The notes beneath the pieces are model-generated. The model made no database searches. It worked only from the letters and a program-made list of their open reading frames with translations, and was not told the origin of the DNA. The position numbers and the translations under genes are program-made. Positions 1 to 12,516 of a stretch of DNA of 64,000 nt are shown piece after piece; the stretch's first letter is position 1; each line of letters opens with the position of its first letter. Origin of the DNA: Octopus vulgaris (taxonomy: Eukaryota); NCBI GenBank assembly GCA_951406725.2, contig OX597814.1, forward strand, positions 79,918,001 through 79,982,000, given 5' to 3'.

Positions 1-1013
1 TCCCGCCAGGCTCATCGTTGCGTTTCACCTCTTTCAAGTTGATGGACTAACTAAACACAGAATGTTATTAGAACAGTTCACTTGTCTATAACACTTCCTC
101 TTTTAAAAAACTGTTATTCAACTTAGTCAAAAGAAATCAATATTTAATTACAAACTCTTTTTAAATCGATAGTTTTAATTTTTTTAAGTATTGACATCCA
201 GCATATCCTGTCACTAAACAAACAAAACAGGCTTTTTTACCTCATTTAGCCAAATGATATTTTTGAAGTGTTTTATTTTATTAAATGTTTTATCATAATG
301 TCTGGAGTTGCTCGTTTATAATTTTAATCATATCAAATTATGTAAATACATTAAACACAATTTTACTGTTTTTATATATATTTTGGCTATTTCTGGAAAA
401 AATATTAAAACAATAGCAAATGTAGTTATCCGCAGAATTGTTTATATTTTTACTTTAATTTCTATAACCGTTATTTTATTTCAGCTGAAGGTCAACAATA
501 TTTTGTAACTTTGCTCTTCCTATTTTATTCCATATTAATCTAAACACGAACCGGTCCAGCGGATCGTAAAATAGTTACGCTTGCATTCCAGCATCTAATG
601 AAAACATCTCTGTTTTAGCTGTGTAAACAATTTACGTAATTATGGTTGAAATTCTTTGAAGCTCTGAAAGGTTTCTTTAAAATATTTGAAATTTTAAATC
701 TTTGTTTCAGGTTTTTTTTCTTTGATTTAAACGTTACAACGGTGAATAATTAAATTACCACGAAAAATAATAGTAAATATTATATAAATAAAATACGAAC
801 GCTTTTCTACACGACCAAAACCATATATATATGAGAGAGAGGGGGGATAAAGAGATAGATAAATAAATAGATTATTCTTACATGCACATATATATTTATA
901 TGCATGTGATCGTTGTATCTTTGTGTATGTATGTATGTATGTATGTATGTATGTATGTATGTATGTATGTATATATTGGGGCGGGGCTGTCTTCATATTC
1001 TATATTTACGTTT

Positions 1014-1240
1014 AAGGTGGTGAGTTGGCAGAGTCGTTAGCGCCTCGGACAAAATGCTTAGCGGCATTTCGTCCGGTTCTTTTCGTCCTGATTTCAAATT
1101 CTGTCGAGTTCGACTTTGCTTTTCATCTGTCTCAGGTCGATAAAAAAATAAGTAGCAGTTAAACGCTAGGGTAGATATAATCGACTAATCCCCTTCCACT
1201 AAAATTACTGGCCTTGTACCAAAATTTGAAACAATCATAA
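1014..1240 (+). mobile_element. tRNA-derived SINE, family A (GGCGAGCTGGCAGAATCGTTAG head; MetaSINE-like core)
   Basis: A-box-like GAGTTGGCAGAGTCGTTAG, B-box-like TTCAAATT and core GACTTTGCTTTTCATC..GGTCGATAAAA..AAGTA. Diverged copies recur at ~15290-15480(-), 15600-16240(-), 16310-16510(-), 20050-20230(+), 41385-41580(+), 47325-47760(+, two in tandem), 54755-54945(+) and 56080-56250(+). Confidence 0.75.
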
Positions 1241-1654
1241 CATTTACTTAGTACGAGGCGAACACTTAACAGCCGAGCTGTGTATTTTGTTGCATCAACT
1301 CACAATATATTACTGGTATAATCCCATAAAACATATTCACATATAGGAGATGCAAAAGTGAACCTAACACAGGCATAACTGAAGATCGAAACCAGCATTA
1401 ATTTTCTTTGTGTTTTATCACTAGCTAAAGCGTGTTTCTCACAATGCTGAGTTCAGATTCTCCCTGCGAAACAACCAGAGAGCACTCATTTTCCAACGAT
1501 TTACTAGAAACATTAAAACTACACTTCTACTACAATACAAATCGAAATACACTTTCGAATACTTAGTCTAAGATGAATTGTAGATGTCTGAGAAAAAGAA
1601 AAACCAGACGGACCTATCATGGTTGTGTATGTATGCATGTAAGCATGAATGGGT

Positions 1655-1721
<67 letters not shown>

Positions 1722-1747
1722 TATATTGGGGCGGGGCTGTCTTCATA

Positions 1748-1794
<47 letters not shown>

Positions 1795-1808
1795 AGAGAG
1801 AGAGAGAA

Positions 1809-1849
<41 letters not shown>

Positions 1850-1874
1850 CATCAAGATATCAAGTAGTAAAACA

Positions 1875-1957
1875 GTACGACTGTTTCAAGCGGATCTATT
1901 TAATTGAACAATGCAATCATTACATCAATCTAAATACAGCGCTATCTTCAGTTGCAC
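1875..1957 (-). ncRNA. Hammerhead ribozyme motif (type I, long stem II), PLE terminal-repeat type
   Basis: Minus strand reads GTGCAA CTGAAGA T AGCG..ATTTAGATTGA..TCAATTAAAT..CGCT T GAAAC AG TC GTAC. Core boxes are intact, stem II is complementary, stem I is weak. Confidence 0.55.
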
Positions 1958-2619
1958 AAAAGAATATATGGAACTTCAACAGATAGGATACATTAGTATA
2001 ATTTTTCGTAAATGCATTAAAAGAGCAAGAAGATGGAAGAAATTCATGTTGTCGCTATTGTAGCAAGAATGGCTAAGAAAAACAGACTACAACTTTTTAG
2101 ACTACCGTGGAACATTGTGGGGTCATAGTATTGTAATTCATTCCCAATTTATCTATCTCTTTATTATCTACTAAATTTGAGACTAGAAGACAGTGCATAT
2201 TTAGAATAAAGGGGAAAAGTAAGTTGACAGCTCATGGCTAGCTATTGGTCAGGAATATTGTCATAGGTATCCCTTTACTCACAAGAGAAAAAGAAAACAA
2301 AACTATAGAAAAGTCAATTAGATAGAAGTAACTGTCTATAAAAAAGAGGCAGGGTAAGGATTCACTTTAATTCATGATGTTAATTACCAGTTAAAGGGGC
2401 AAGACACTATAAAACTTAAGATACTATAATGAGATACAGGGAAAAATATTACGGGCTGGATGGGAGAAAGATTCTAAGCGATATTATTATCTTGTATGAA
2501 AAATGAAATAATTTTTTTTAAAGTCAAGAAAAGGATATCATATATATGAATATATTTATTTCGTGACACAGCTATATATATATAAAGCTATATTTATATG
2601 TATATACGTGTTTGTGTGT

Positions 2620-2681
<62 letters not shown>

Positions 2682-2781
2682 TGTTGTAGTAGTAGTAGTA
2701 GTAGTTGTTGTTGTTGTTGTTGGTGTTGTTGTTGTAGTTGTAGAATAAAAAATAGAAAATCCTTGGTTCAGTATTATATAT

Positions 2782-3018
2782 TTGAAAAAATTAATACAAA
2801 TGGCTTTTCTGATAATTTTTTTCTACTTTAATAATTAGATGTTTATAAGTTTCCGGAAAGGTGAATCTGATAGACTCTCTTAAAAGCGGTTACCAAACTG
2901 TTTGAAAACCGCTTTTAAGCGAGAAATTTCTATCAGATTCACCTTTTTGGTAACTTATAAACATTTAATAATTGAAGTGGAAAAATTATTAGAAAAGTCA
3001 TTTCTATTTATTTTTTCA
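2782..3018. repeat. Fold-back (long imperfect inverted repeat) element
   Basis: TGTTTATAAGTTTCCGGAAAGGTGAATCTGATAGA..CTTAAAAGCGGTT is mirrored by AACCGCTTTTAAG..TCTATCAGATTCACCTTTTTGGTAACTTATAAACA. Arms are ~110 bp with a short loop near 2892-2905. Confidence 0.8.
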
Positions 3019-3299
3019 CAGCAGGAAACACAGATGAGGGCAGCAGCATCAAACTCCATTATTATCCAAATGCCACATATCAGAGGAGGCTCCAAATAAT
3101 GGTGTAGCTCAATCAACGGTGGTGCTCCAGCATGACCACAGCTTTGTAGCTGAAACATTTTAAAATAGTAAAAAATAGTTTTAGGTATGTGTGTGTGTAT
3201 GTATATAATTAATCTCCAAAAAACGAAAAAACACACGAAGTAAAAGACAGCGCGAGGACGTAGTACATGCAATATATATATATACATATATATATATTA

Positions 3300-3955
3300 C
3301 GGAGATGTACTTGCATATCAATTGAAACCACGTTCTATTCACTGACAAAATTCCGTGCTGCATCTGAGAAAGTAACAGTTAGAGTGTACAAAGGAGTGAA
3401 AATTAGATTCGAAGGCTATCTAAGAGATGATGAAAACGGCATATGCCCCCTATGCCGCAAGAAGTTCTGGAATAGGTTGGAGAGGAACACCAACAAAAGA
3501 AATGGATATAATACTTGGTATAATAACAAGAAGTTTCACAGTGTAATGTCTGTTGACGCTACACCTAGGAAGGAATTAAGTACGGCATTTAAGAAAATCC
3601 TGCGCATAACTGGCCTTAATATCAAAGTTGTAGAGAAGGCAGGTGGGACAGTCAAATCCGTATTAAGTAAATCATACCCATTTGATAAAATCAAGTGTCG
3701 GAATAATTGTGCAGTATGTTCTACAAGCCCATGCATGAACTGCAAAAAGAAAACACTGTATACCAGATTAAGTGCGCGATTATCCCAGTGTCATATATTG
3801 GTGAGACTTCTAGGAGCGTCAATGATAGGTTCAAAGAACACCTGGACAACTACATTGAGAAAAACACAAACTCCATCTTCCATTAGAATGCTGTAGACTG
3901 TCACAATGGCTCCTTAGGGAGACTTAAGTTAGACATCCTATCTACACATGTTCTG
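3300..3955 (+). mobile_element. Penelope-like element remnant (Neptune-type): RT C-terminus, Cys linker and GIY-YIG endonuclease; frameshifted
   Basis: ORF 3267-3896 contains VMSVDATP..IKVVEKAGGTVKSVLSKSYPF..CRNNCAVC..CMNC. After a frameshift near 3755 it reads VYQIKC..YIGETSRSVNDRFKEH (GIY-YIG signature), with a later stop codon. Confidence 0.85.
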
Positions 3956-4084
3956 ATGTATATATATTTTAGCGTGTGTGTACGTGTGTATATGTGTGTG
4001 TGCTTGTACATATGTATAGGTAGGTTTATATTTGCATGTATGTATATGGCATTGTATCCATTCACCGTTAGAAGGTGGTGAGAG

Positions 4085-4178
<94 letters not shown>

Positions 4179-4185
4179 ATGTGTG

Positions 4186-4562
4186 TGGAGGCGCAATTGC
4201 CCAGTAGTTAGGGTAGCGTACTTGCGGTTGTAGGATCGCGGTTTCGATCCCCAGACTGCCGTTGTGAGTGTTTATTGAACGAAAACTCCTAAAGTCCTAC
4301 GAGGCTCCGGCAGAGGGTGGTGGCGAGCCCTGCTGTACTTTTTCATCACAACTTTCTCTCACTCTTTCTTCCTGTTTCTTTTCTTCCTGTATTTCAAAGG
4401 GCCAGCCTTGTCACAGTCTGTGTCACTCTGGATCTCCCAGTGAACGATGTTAAGGGTACACGTGTCTGAGGGGTGCTCAGCCATTTGCACGTTAATTTCA
4501 CGAGCAGGCTGTTCCGTTGATTGGATCAACTGGGACCCTCGTCGTCGCAACCGACGGAGTAC
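4186..4562 (+). mobile_element. tRNA-derived SINE, family B
   Basis: tRNA-like head GGAGGCGCAATTGCCCAGTAGTTAGGG..GGTTTCGATCCC. Its 3' part recurs degenerately at ~28850-28950(+) and 59085-59150(-). Inserted in microsatellite. Confidence 0.7.
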
Positions 4563-4587
4563 TATAGTATATATATATATATATCGA

Positions 4588-5226
4588 TACAGGAGCAAAC
4601 AATTCACGAGAAAAATTATTCATGAAAAATTAATTTGCGAAGATATTAATTATGTTATTATCTAGTGTAACTATTTAAAAAAATGATAATAACAGAATCA
4701 ATAATATAGGCAATTGTAGGCCCCCAAAAGCATTAAATAACTGAAGGATTCAAATTAATCAAAGGACAGGCTAAGTATGTCTACCTGCTTGAAATAACAG
4801 TCAAATTCTTATTTAAATCACCAAAATACACTGCTGATGACTACAGGAATCAACCGAAAGCAAATCAGGTTAAGGCAGTCTCCCAACGTACATTTAAGTA
4901 TTTGGACTCACGTAGACCAGTTTCTGCACTGGTAAAAAGTAGCCTTAGCTTCTTCAGCATACGTTACCATGATAGAGACTTCCAGCCTATCGTTTTGAAG
5001 TCTGTGCCGCAACGGATTCGTTTTGCACCGAAATCATTGCAGCCACCATTATGAAAATAATCTCGAATCAGGGACAAACAATTCACGAAAAAAATAATCC
5101 AAGAAAAATTAATTTTCGAAGATATTATTAATTATGTTATTATCTAGTGTAACTATTTTTAAAAATGATAATAATAAAATCAATAATATAGGAGATTGCA
5201 GGTCCAAAAAGCATTAAATAGCTAAA
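4588..5226 (+). repeat. Direct repeat of ~155 bp (4588-4745 and 5069-5226)
   Basis: Both copies read CAGG..CAAACAATTCACGA..AAAATTAATTT.CGAAGATATT..AATTATGTTATTATCTAGTGTAACTATTT..AAAAGCATTAAATA.CT.AAG. Confidence 0.85.
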
Positions 5227-5442
5227 GTCATACAGTCATATATACATCATGAACAGACACGCATTTCAGTGCCTAAACATTCGTTCACATGTACATAAAC
5301 ATATACACACATACAGACACGTCTACACACTTATATACCCAAATACTCACATACATACATATGTACATAGATAGATAGATAGATAGATACATACATACAT
5401 ACATACATACATGCATACATGCATGCATGCATACATAATTAA

Positions 5443-6000
5443 TGGTGGCTGCCTCCTCGTTATCAAGTATGGCCATTGCACGAAGCTTAATCAATGTTTT
5501 TATCGTGCAATGCCTGTGCAAGAAGATTTTTTTTAAAGTGAGGAATCCCACTGTGCACTGAGTCAATCCCACTCACTAAGCAACAGCAGCCATAATCCGA
5601 AAAGAAGAACAAGTCAACATCATCGGTAACTACTGAGCCGCAGATTTGATGTCGGAGATATCCCAATTACCTGAGTTACCTTCTCCTAGAAGGATGCCCT
5701 AACAAAGGCTAGGAATCCTTCACTCCCAATGGTTTAACCGCGCGATCGCGTATTCAGTCCGATTATTTCTATGTCCCCGCACATGATACAGCCTTAAGAC
5801 ATTTATTGGATGTCCGTTGACTCTCAAGAGTTCATCCGCCCTTTGATAGGTTTTGTTTTTCATCCCGCAGGGTGTCCAATAAACACCCTCCTCAGCAAGC
5901 AAGTTTGGTGGGGTTGTCGGTTTAGTTGCCGATGACCCGACCATGCAACAGGTTGTACTGGGTTACATGTTACCAGTAGCACTCGATAGTGACCTGATAT
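5443..6000 (-). mobile_element. Probable short non-autonomous RTE-derived retroelement (5' UTR-like and 3' end-like parts)
   Basis: GC-richer block bounded by (TACA)n. The minus strand has RTE-5'-like motifs (CTAAACCGACAACCCC; AGGGCATCCTTCTAGGAGAAGGTAACTC) and ends ..GAGGAGGCAGCCACC, resembling the RTE end at 9662. No ORF. Confidence 0.45.
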
Positions 6001-6096
6001 AACATAATACATACATACATACATATATACATACATAACATAATACATAACATACATACATACATACATACATACATACATACATACATACATACA

Positions 6097-6129
<33 letters not shown>

Positions 6130-9100
6130 CATGAACTATCTGTTACTTTTTCAGATGCAGCACGAAATTTTTTCCGTGAAGAGTTCGCGGTTTCAAAGCG
6201 ACGAAAATATTTTGACAAATTAAATTTAAATGTCGAAGTGAATCTAACGGTTTTTGTGTGTCTTTAAATGGCTTATAAACACTTTCCACGCTGCAATTGT
6301 GTGCGTGTATATATATATATATATATATATATGCATGTATGTATGTATATATATAGTTAGTTAGATAAGATAGATAGACATACATACATACATACATACA
6401 TACATACATACATACATACATACATACACATACATACATACATACATACATACATACATACATACATACATACATACATACATACATACATACATACATA
6501 CATACATACATAGACATATAGACACAGACAATTTGAGTAAGTCAAATAAGATCTTCAAACACAGTGTCAACATATTATAATGAAATTTGGAATAAATATT
6601 TGAATAACTATCTACGCATGCAATGAAACTTTATCCGGGCAACGTTCAATGTTTTTTATGAAGTTAAAACAATTATATCTAACTCGCTGTATAACTGCCT
6701 CTCCCGCTCTCCCTTTTTTCACCTCATCATAAATCTCTCAGTAAATAAATAAATATATATATATATATACATATATACATGCGCTCGTACATACATACAT
6801 ACATACATACATTCGAACGTACGTACATACGTAAGTGTGCATAACCTCTTAAACCTGTTTAACTAGTGGGCAGGATTCTGACATCATTTTCAGTTGATGG
6901 CAGGTGTTTAAATTTCTTTCTTCGCACCGTAGCCTAAATGCATGTAGACATATGCACAAGTATTCATATGTATATTGAATAAGTAATGTTTGTAAATGAC
7001 CCTTGTGGACTGCGAACAATTAAATTCTTTATCAAGATGTAGGATATTCACATTAATATACATACAAAAGTGTGTATCTGTTTGTATAAGAGAAATAGTT
7101 TGTGTCGCGATGGTCCGTTTATGCACGTATGTATGTATATACGTGTACATGTATGATTGTAAGTATATATATATACACACACATACTACATACATATATA
7201 TACACACACACATATATATACACACATAATACATACATACATACATACATACATAGTACTTTCATGCATACAATTTGCTAACATTGTGTGCGATTTGCTA
7301 AGGTATGACTAACTTGACGTCTTTAGTAAATTGTAAATACGTAGTGAACAATTCATAAATGACAATAGGAAAAGAAAATAAAGTGGTTATTCAGTAAGGT
7401 GAGAGAAATATTAATGATGACAATAGATGAATGTAAATGAAATGACATGTCAACAGAACATGAATTTGAACAGTGACGGCGTGAGAGTTTGTGACAGTTG
7501 ACACTATTATATAAGCAGGAAAAGCAATAATACAAGGTCAATGCAGAATCTTACAAAATAAATTATTCCATGAGGCTAGGCAGTACATATGATATGAGAT
7601 TAATGTAGTTTGTATTAAATTTGAACATTTGTCGTTCTACGTCCACAGACAAATATGTAATTGTGTAAACTAGGTATATCTGGTAGATCCACATGTTTGT
7701 AACGTACTGCAAAGGCATTACCCGTGATCGTGCATAGCGGTTTGTAAGGAGTCATACACCGTATGTTCATATGTTTCATAAGTGTATTTGTGTAAGTTTA
7801 TATTTAACATGTTCGTGTACACTCGGACGTAGGAAGAGCTTCCGCTACGGAAATAGTATCGAAAAAAATTCTCTTCTTTGACAACATACGAGTAAAACAT
7901 TGGATTTTGAATGACGCCACTAATTCGTAGGATGTACGTGCTTCTATGTTCTTTGCGTCGTCAGCTACGAAAACCAAATTTGTTTTTCACAACCCGATAT
8001 TAGAACACCAAGATAGATCTAAATAATGTCGCACGAAGCAGTGTTGAATAAAGGGAATTTGTGTAGTTATATTTAACGCATCTGAGGACACTCGGTCGTG
8101 GGAAGAACTTTAGCTGCGTAAACAGCCTCCAGAGAAAATCCACCTCCTCAACAGCAAGTGTGAAGAGCTCATAAAACATATGATCAGTCTCAGATACAAA
8201 AAAGTCTTATATTCCCCAAGATATACATTCCATAGATTTTTGAATGTCGATGAAAGTGGCCAGAAAGTGTACGAAATACTTTTTGCCAAACGCATCATTC
8301 AGTCTGTGGGAATCAGTCTTGAAGTAGAATGATATGTCCTCATCAATAAGCGAAAAACCAACATTCAAGGTCCATCAGCTTCCGGTAGATATGAAAGGAA
8401 CAAAAGAACTTTATAGCCAGATTGTATCGTATCTAGAAGGAAACAAGACATCTGACAGCAGAATACTGTCAAGTGCTTAGTCTGACTCCCAGGACAAGGA
8501 TTATCCTCATGCTGTTTGTCCTGTCTTTCCAAAGTGGAGAAGATAGTTCATTGCCTCAAAGTTTAGGGAAAAGAATTCTATGAAATCAATTAGAATGTTG
8601 AAGCACAAGCATTTGAGGAGCACATGGCTCAGGAGCAACGTATTTAACTTTCAGAGATATCATGTCTTTGACGAGACCAGAAAGAAGCGCCGAAGTTCGT
8701 TTTCTTTACTAAGATATCGTTCCGTAAATTTATCGCAAGTAATTACATAAAAGTGAATATATCGCTCTTAATATTTTACGCCCTGGAATTTCATCGCAAG
8801 ATAATTACTTCGTAAACCGATGTATCTAAGGCGACTTCATTATTATGCTACACAAAACGCCGTCAGTAATTTTATTGTCATATTTATTATTCGTAGAGTA
8901 AATACATCACTAAAGTTTATTTAAGGGTTTTATTAGCAGAGTAAATGCATTTTATAAACACTAAAAAGTAAATTCAAGGACCATGAAATTAATATAATTT
9001 TTTTTTTCAATATATACACGGAAACAAAATCAAAATTTACTTTGAAAACATAGAACCGCATGAAAAAACTGCCGTAAAATTATATTTTTCTTAAATTACA

Positions 9101-9588
9101 ATAAAGAAGAAAGATCATAATTAATAAGACGAATTATGAGTAATGTTTCTTCAATAATTCAGTTTTCAGTGAATTTGATACTCATTGCCGATACGCTGAA
9201 TTCTTGCTAAGCTATCTTTTAAATTTCTTTTTGTGATGTGAAATTTCTGAAGCGGTGATATACTGTTCAGCTGTTACTTCGTTTCTCGTTTCTTCTCCAT
9301 GATTTCTCAAAAAATTTAAAACCATAGGATGAAATTTTTGTACTTGATTTTTTTCTTCTATTTTTCATTTTTAATGAAATGTCATGCAAATAAAACTTGC
9401 AAATGCTTTGTGAATAAAACTGCTCTACGAATAAAAACTTTGAATAATGTTTAACGATTTATTTACTCTGCTGATAAAAAGTATGATCATGTAAATACTT
9501 TACGATGAAATTACCAGTCAATATGATTGCTCGCAATAAAGTTGCAGTAAACTTCCGAGAGTCCGAGATTACTATTATGGTAATCTGA

Positions 9589-9622
<34 letters not shown>

Positions 9623-9661
9623 CATGCATGCATACATACATACATACATACATATATATAT

Positions 9662-10135
9662 ATGGTGGTTGTCTATTCCTTATGCAGAGTTTGACCACTT
9701 CCCCTACACACACCTTAGAACCATTATGGCATCTTATGTGGCCTTTTAAACCAAACGATGTTTTGAAAAGACATCTATATAGATTGCATATCCGATTTGA
9801 ACCACGAAGAGCTGCAGTTAAGTTCTGGTCTTTGTGGATCTTAAAACGTCTTTTGAGGCCTCCGTTAGATTTGCAGACCTTATGGCATACATTGCATTGA
9901 AAAGTTGTGCGCAGAAATATAGGCAGAATAGTTGGTGGAGGTTCGTTTTCCATAGGTTAGCAAATGAGATTTGAGCCCAGCAAATGAAAGGCATGGTTTG
10001 TCATAAACTGTGGACACGAAAAGGTCATTGTGATTCACCTTCTTGATCGAAACATTCTTCTTTACATCTCTATTGAGTCTTGCATGCGTTATCCTGACCT
10101 CTTCAAACGCTTTCACTCCACTCTGCACTTTTGTT
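9662..10135 (-). mobile_element. RTE-clade LINE 3' end with repeated C2H2 zinc fingers (5'-truncated, degenerate)
   Basis: QSGVKAFEEVRITHARLNRDVKK (RTE C-terminal pattern) is followed by three C2H2-like units: KPCLSFAGLKSHL, FQCNVCHKVCKSNGGLKRRFKIH and ICNLYRCLFKTSFGLKGHIRCH. Ends in a microsatellite tail. Confidence 0.7.
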
Positions 10136-10227
10136 CAGAAAGGCGACGAAGAAACATACGAAAAGTATGAAAAACACACAAAAGACATGATCACTTCTCA
10201 TATATATATACATATATATATATATAT

Positions 10228-10530
10228 AAATATGGGTACAAAATAGTAGCAGCATTGATAGAAACAAAAGTCAAAAACGACTGAATCAGTCACAAAAGCA
10301 CTAATCTTAATAAGTTGAGGAAAGTACGAGAAAGCTACGTACCGCAATGAGACAAGCTCTCTAGTGAAAAAGCAGATATCTGCTTCTTGAGATGTGAGAC
10401 TGTCTAACTGTAGTACGAAGCTTTCTCGCTTTCTCTCTTTCGTCAATTTAAGATAAGTGCTTTATGTGGCTAACTGAATCATTTTTGACTCTTGTTTCTA
10501 GCAATGCTGGCACTATTTTGTACCCATATA
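10228..10530. repeat. Fold-back / MITE-like palindromic element in (TA)n
   Basis: ATATGGGTACAAAATAGT..AAGCACTAATCTTAA is mirrored by TTAAGATAAGTGCTT..ACTATTTTGTACCCATAT. Inner arms also pair, centred on the perfect palindrome AAGCAGATATCTGCTT (10370-10385). Confidence 0.85.
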
Positions 10531-10574
10531 TATATGGATATAGATATAGATGTATATATATCTTGCTTTTTTTT

Positions 10575-10977
10575 TTATCTTTTACTTGTTTCAGTCATTT
10601 GACTGTGGCCATGCTGGAGCACCGACTTTAATCGAGCAAATCGACCCCAGGACTTATTCTTTGTAAGCCTAGTACTTATTCTATCGGTCTCTTTTGCCGA
10701 ACCGCTAAGTTACGGAGACGTAAACACACCAGCATCGGTTGTCAAGTGATGTTGGGGGGGACAAACACAGACACACAAACATACATACACACACACATAT
10801 ATATATATACATATATACGACGGGCTTCTTTCAGTTTCCGTCTACCAAATCCACTCACAAGGCTTTGGTCGGCCCGAGGCTATAGCAGAAGACACTTGCC
10901 CAAGGTGCCACGCAGTGGGACTGAATCCGGAACCATGTGGTTGGTAAGCAAGCTACTTACCACACAGCCACTCCTAC
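10575..10977 (-). mobile_element. tRNA-derived SINE, family C (octopus OR/OK-type), full-length copy
   Basis: Minus-strand head GGAGTGGCTGTGTGGTAAGTAGCTTGCTTACCAACCACATGGTTCCGGATTCAGTCCC, internal microsatellite, tail CCAGCATGGCCACAGTCAAATGACTGAAACAAGTAAAAGA. Partial copies at ~3100-3155, 11325-11530, 21860-22170, 28250-28470(-), 28960-29070, 42215-42400, 54960-55120(-) and 60400-61810. Confidence 0.8.
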
Positions 10978-11053
10978 GGTGATCTCTTGAGCACCACCAG
11001 CAAAAAAAATTTTTTCCTCTGTCTTCCCTTCTCGGGATCTTTCCTTCTCCTTT

Positions 11054-11088
11054 GTTTCCGACGAAGAGCTCCGCTCGAAACGTTAAAC
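11054..11088 (+). ncRNA. Minimal hammerhead ribozyme motif (U4C variant)
   Basis: GTTT CCGACGA A GAGC TCC GCTC GAAA CG TT AAAC: stem I GTTT/AAAC, stem II GAGC/GCTC, palindromic stem III AACGTT. It lies in a ~200-bp repeat whose end (11130-11190) recurs inverted at 3205-3265. Confidence 0.65.
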
Positions 11089-11181
11089 CCTCCTTCCCTT
11101 CTTTCCTGAGCGTCAAATAATAGTTTAATAGTTCCACGTCCTCGCGTTGCTGTGTTTTTTTCTGTGTTTTCTTGTTTGGAT

Positions 11182-11253
<72 letters not shown>

Positions 11254-12381
11254 TGCATGTGTTCGTGTGCATGTGTATGTATGTGTGCATGTTTGTGTAT
11301 ATATCTATATATGAATGTGTGTGCGTGTGTTTGTGTTTGCCCCCACTGCTTGGCAACCCGTGTTGGTATGTTTCGTCCCTAGCGGTTGAGAATAACTGAC
11401 TGATAGATAATTATCAAACTTAAAAGAAAATGAGTACTGGAGTGGATTCGCTCGGTTAAGGCCCTTGAAGGCTGCCCCAGCATGGCTGCAGTCCAATGAC
11501 AGAAACGAGTAAAAGTTAAAAGGTTAAAAGGAAAGCGAAAGTAAGTCAGAATTTCTCAGTTATAAGCACGAGTCGTTTTTGATGGAAGGGTAATTGATAA
11601 TGAGTTTGGCTACGAGTTAGACCGTCATAAAAGAGATTTGTTCGGATATCCTGGGGACGAAGAGTTTTGGCATAAAAAATTGAAATCAAATACGATTTGA
11701 ATATTGCACCAGGACGATGCATCTGCTAATGTGACGTTTGTGATTAATCACGAATTGATACTTGTTTTGCCGGGCAGCTAACACTTTACGTGTGGCCTCG
11801 ACAAATCTACTTCGTTCCTTGAAATAAACGAAGAAAAGATACCGATTTCAGATTTTTGGATGACAAAAGAAAGAACACTGAAAAAATTTCCTATGAGAAG
11901 TGTACATAATTGAAAACGCGTTCCAGAACGTTCAAAGCAGTAAAAGTAAAATACAAACGAAAAAAGAAAAATCAAGCAAAGAAATAAAGAGAAGATATGT
12001 ATTATTTTGAAGGAGACAAGCGTTGTTATAATGAAAACAAGAGAACAAATATATTATTTCAAAAGATCTATTTCTTTTTGGCAGATCACTCTCATATGTA
12101 TGCATGTATGTATATATATATGTATGTATGCTTGTATGTATGTAAACACATACATACATAAATACATACATACATACGTACATACATACATATGTGCATA
12201 CATACATACATACATACATACATACATACATACATACATACATACATACATACATAGTGCTAAAATGAATAACACAACTGGATGTCGGGCCTAAATATTA
12301 TTACTTCCTGTTATTCGTACGTAGTGGGATACATTCTTTATTTTAGGTTCTATTCTTTAACGATCATGATTAAATTATTTA

Positions 12382-12504
<123 letters not shown>

Positions 12505-12516
12505 TTCATTATCAAA

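Noticed and set aside
4850-5060. Possible Tc1 transposase fragment on the minus strand
   Set aside because: No diagnostic motif recoverable by eye.
8100-8600. Coding-like sequence, possibly a decayed transposase, with a ~70-bp diverged repeat at 7790/8060
   Set aside because: Stops in the frames examined and no recognisable motif.
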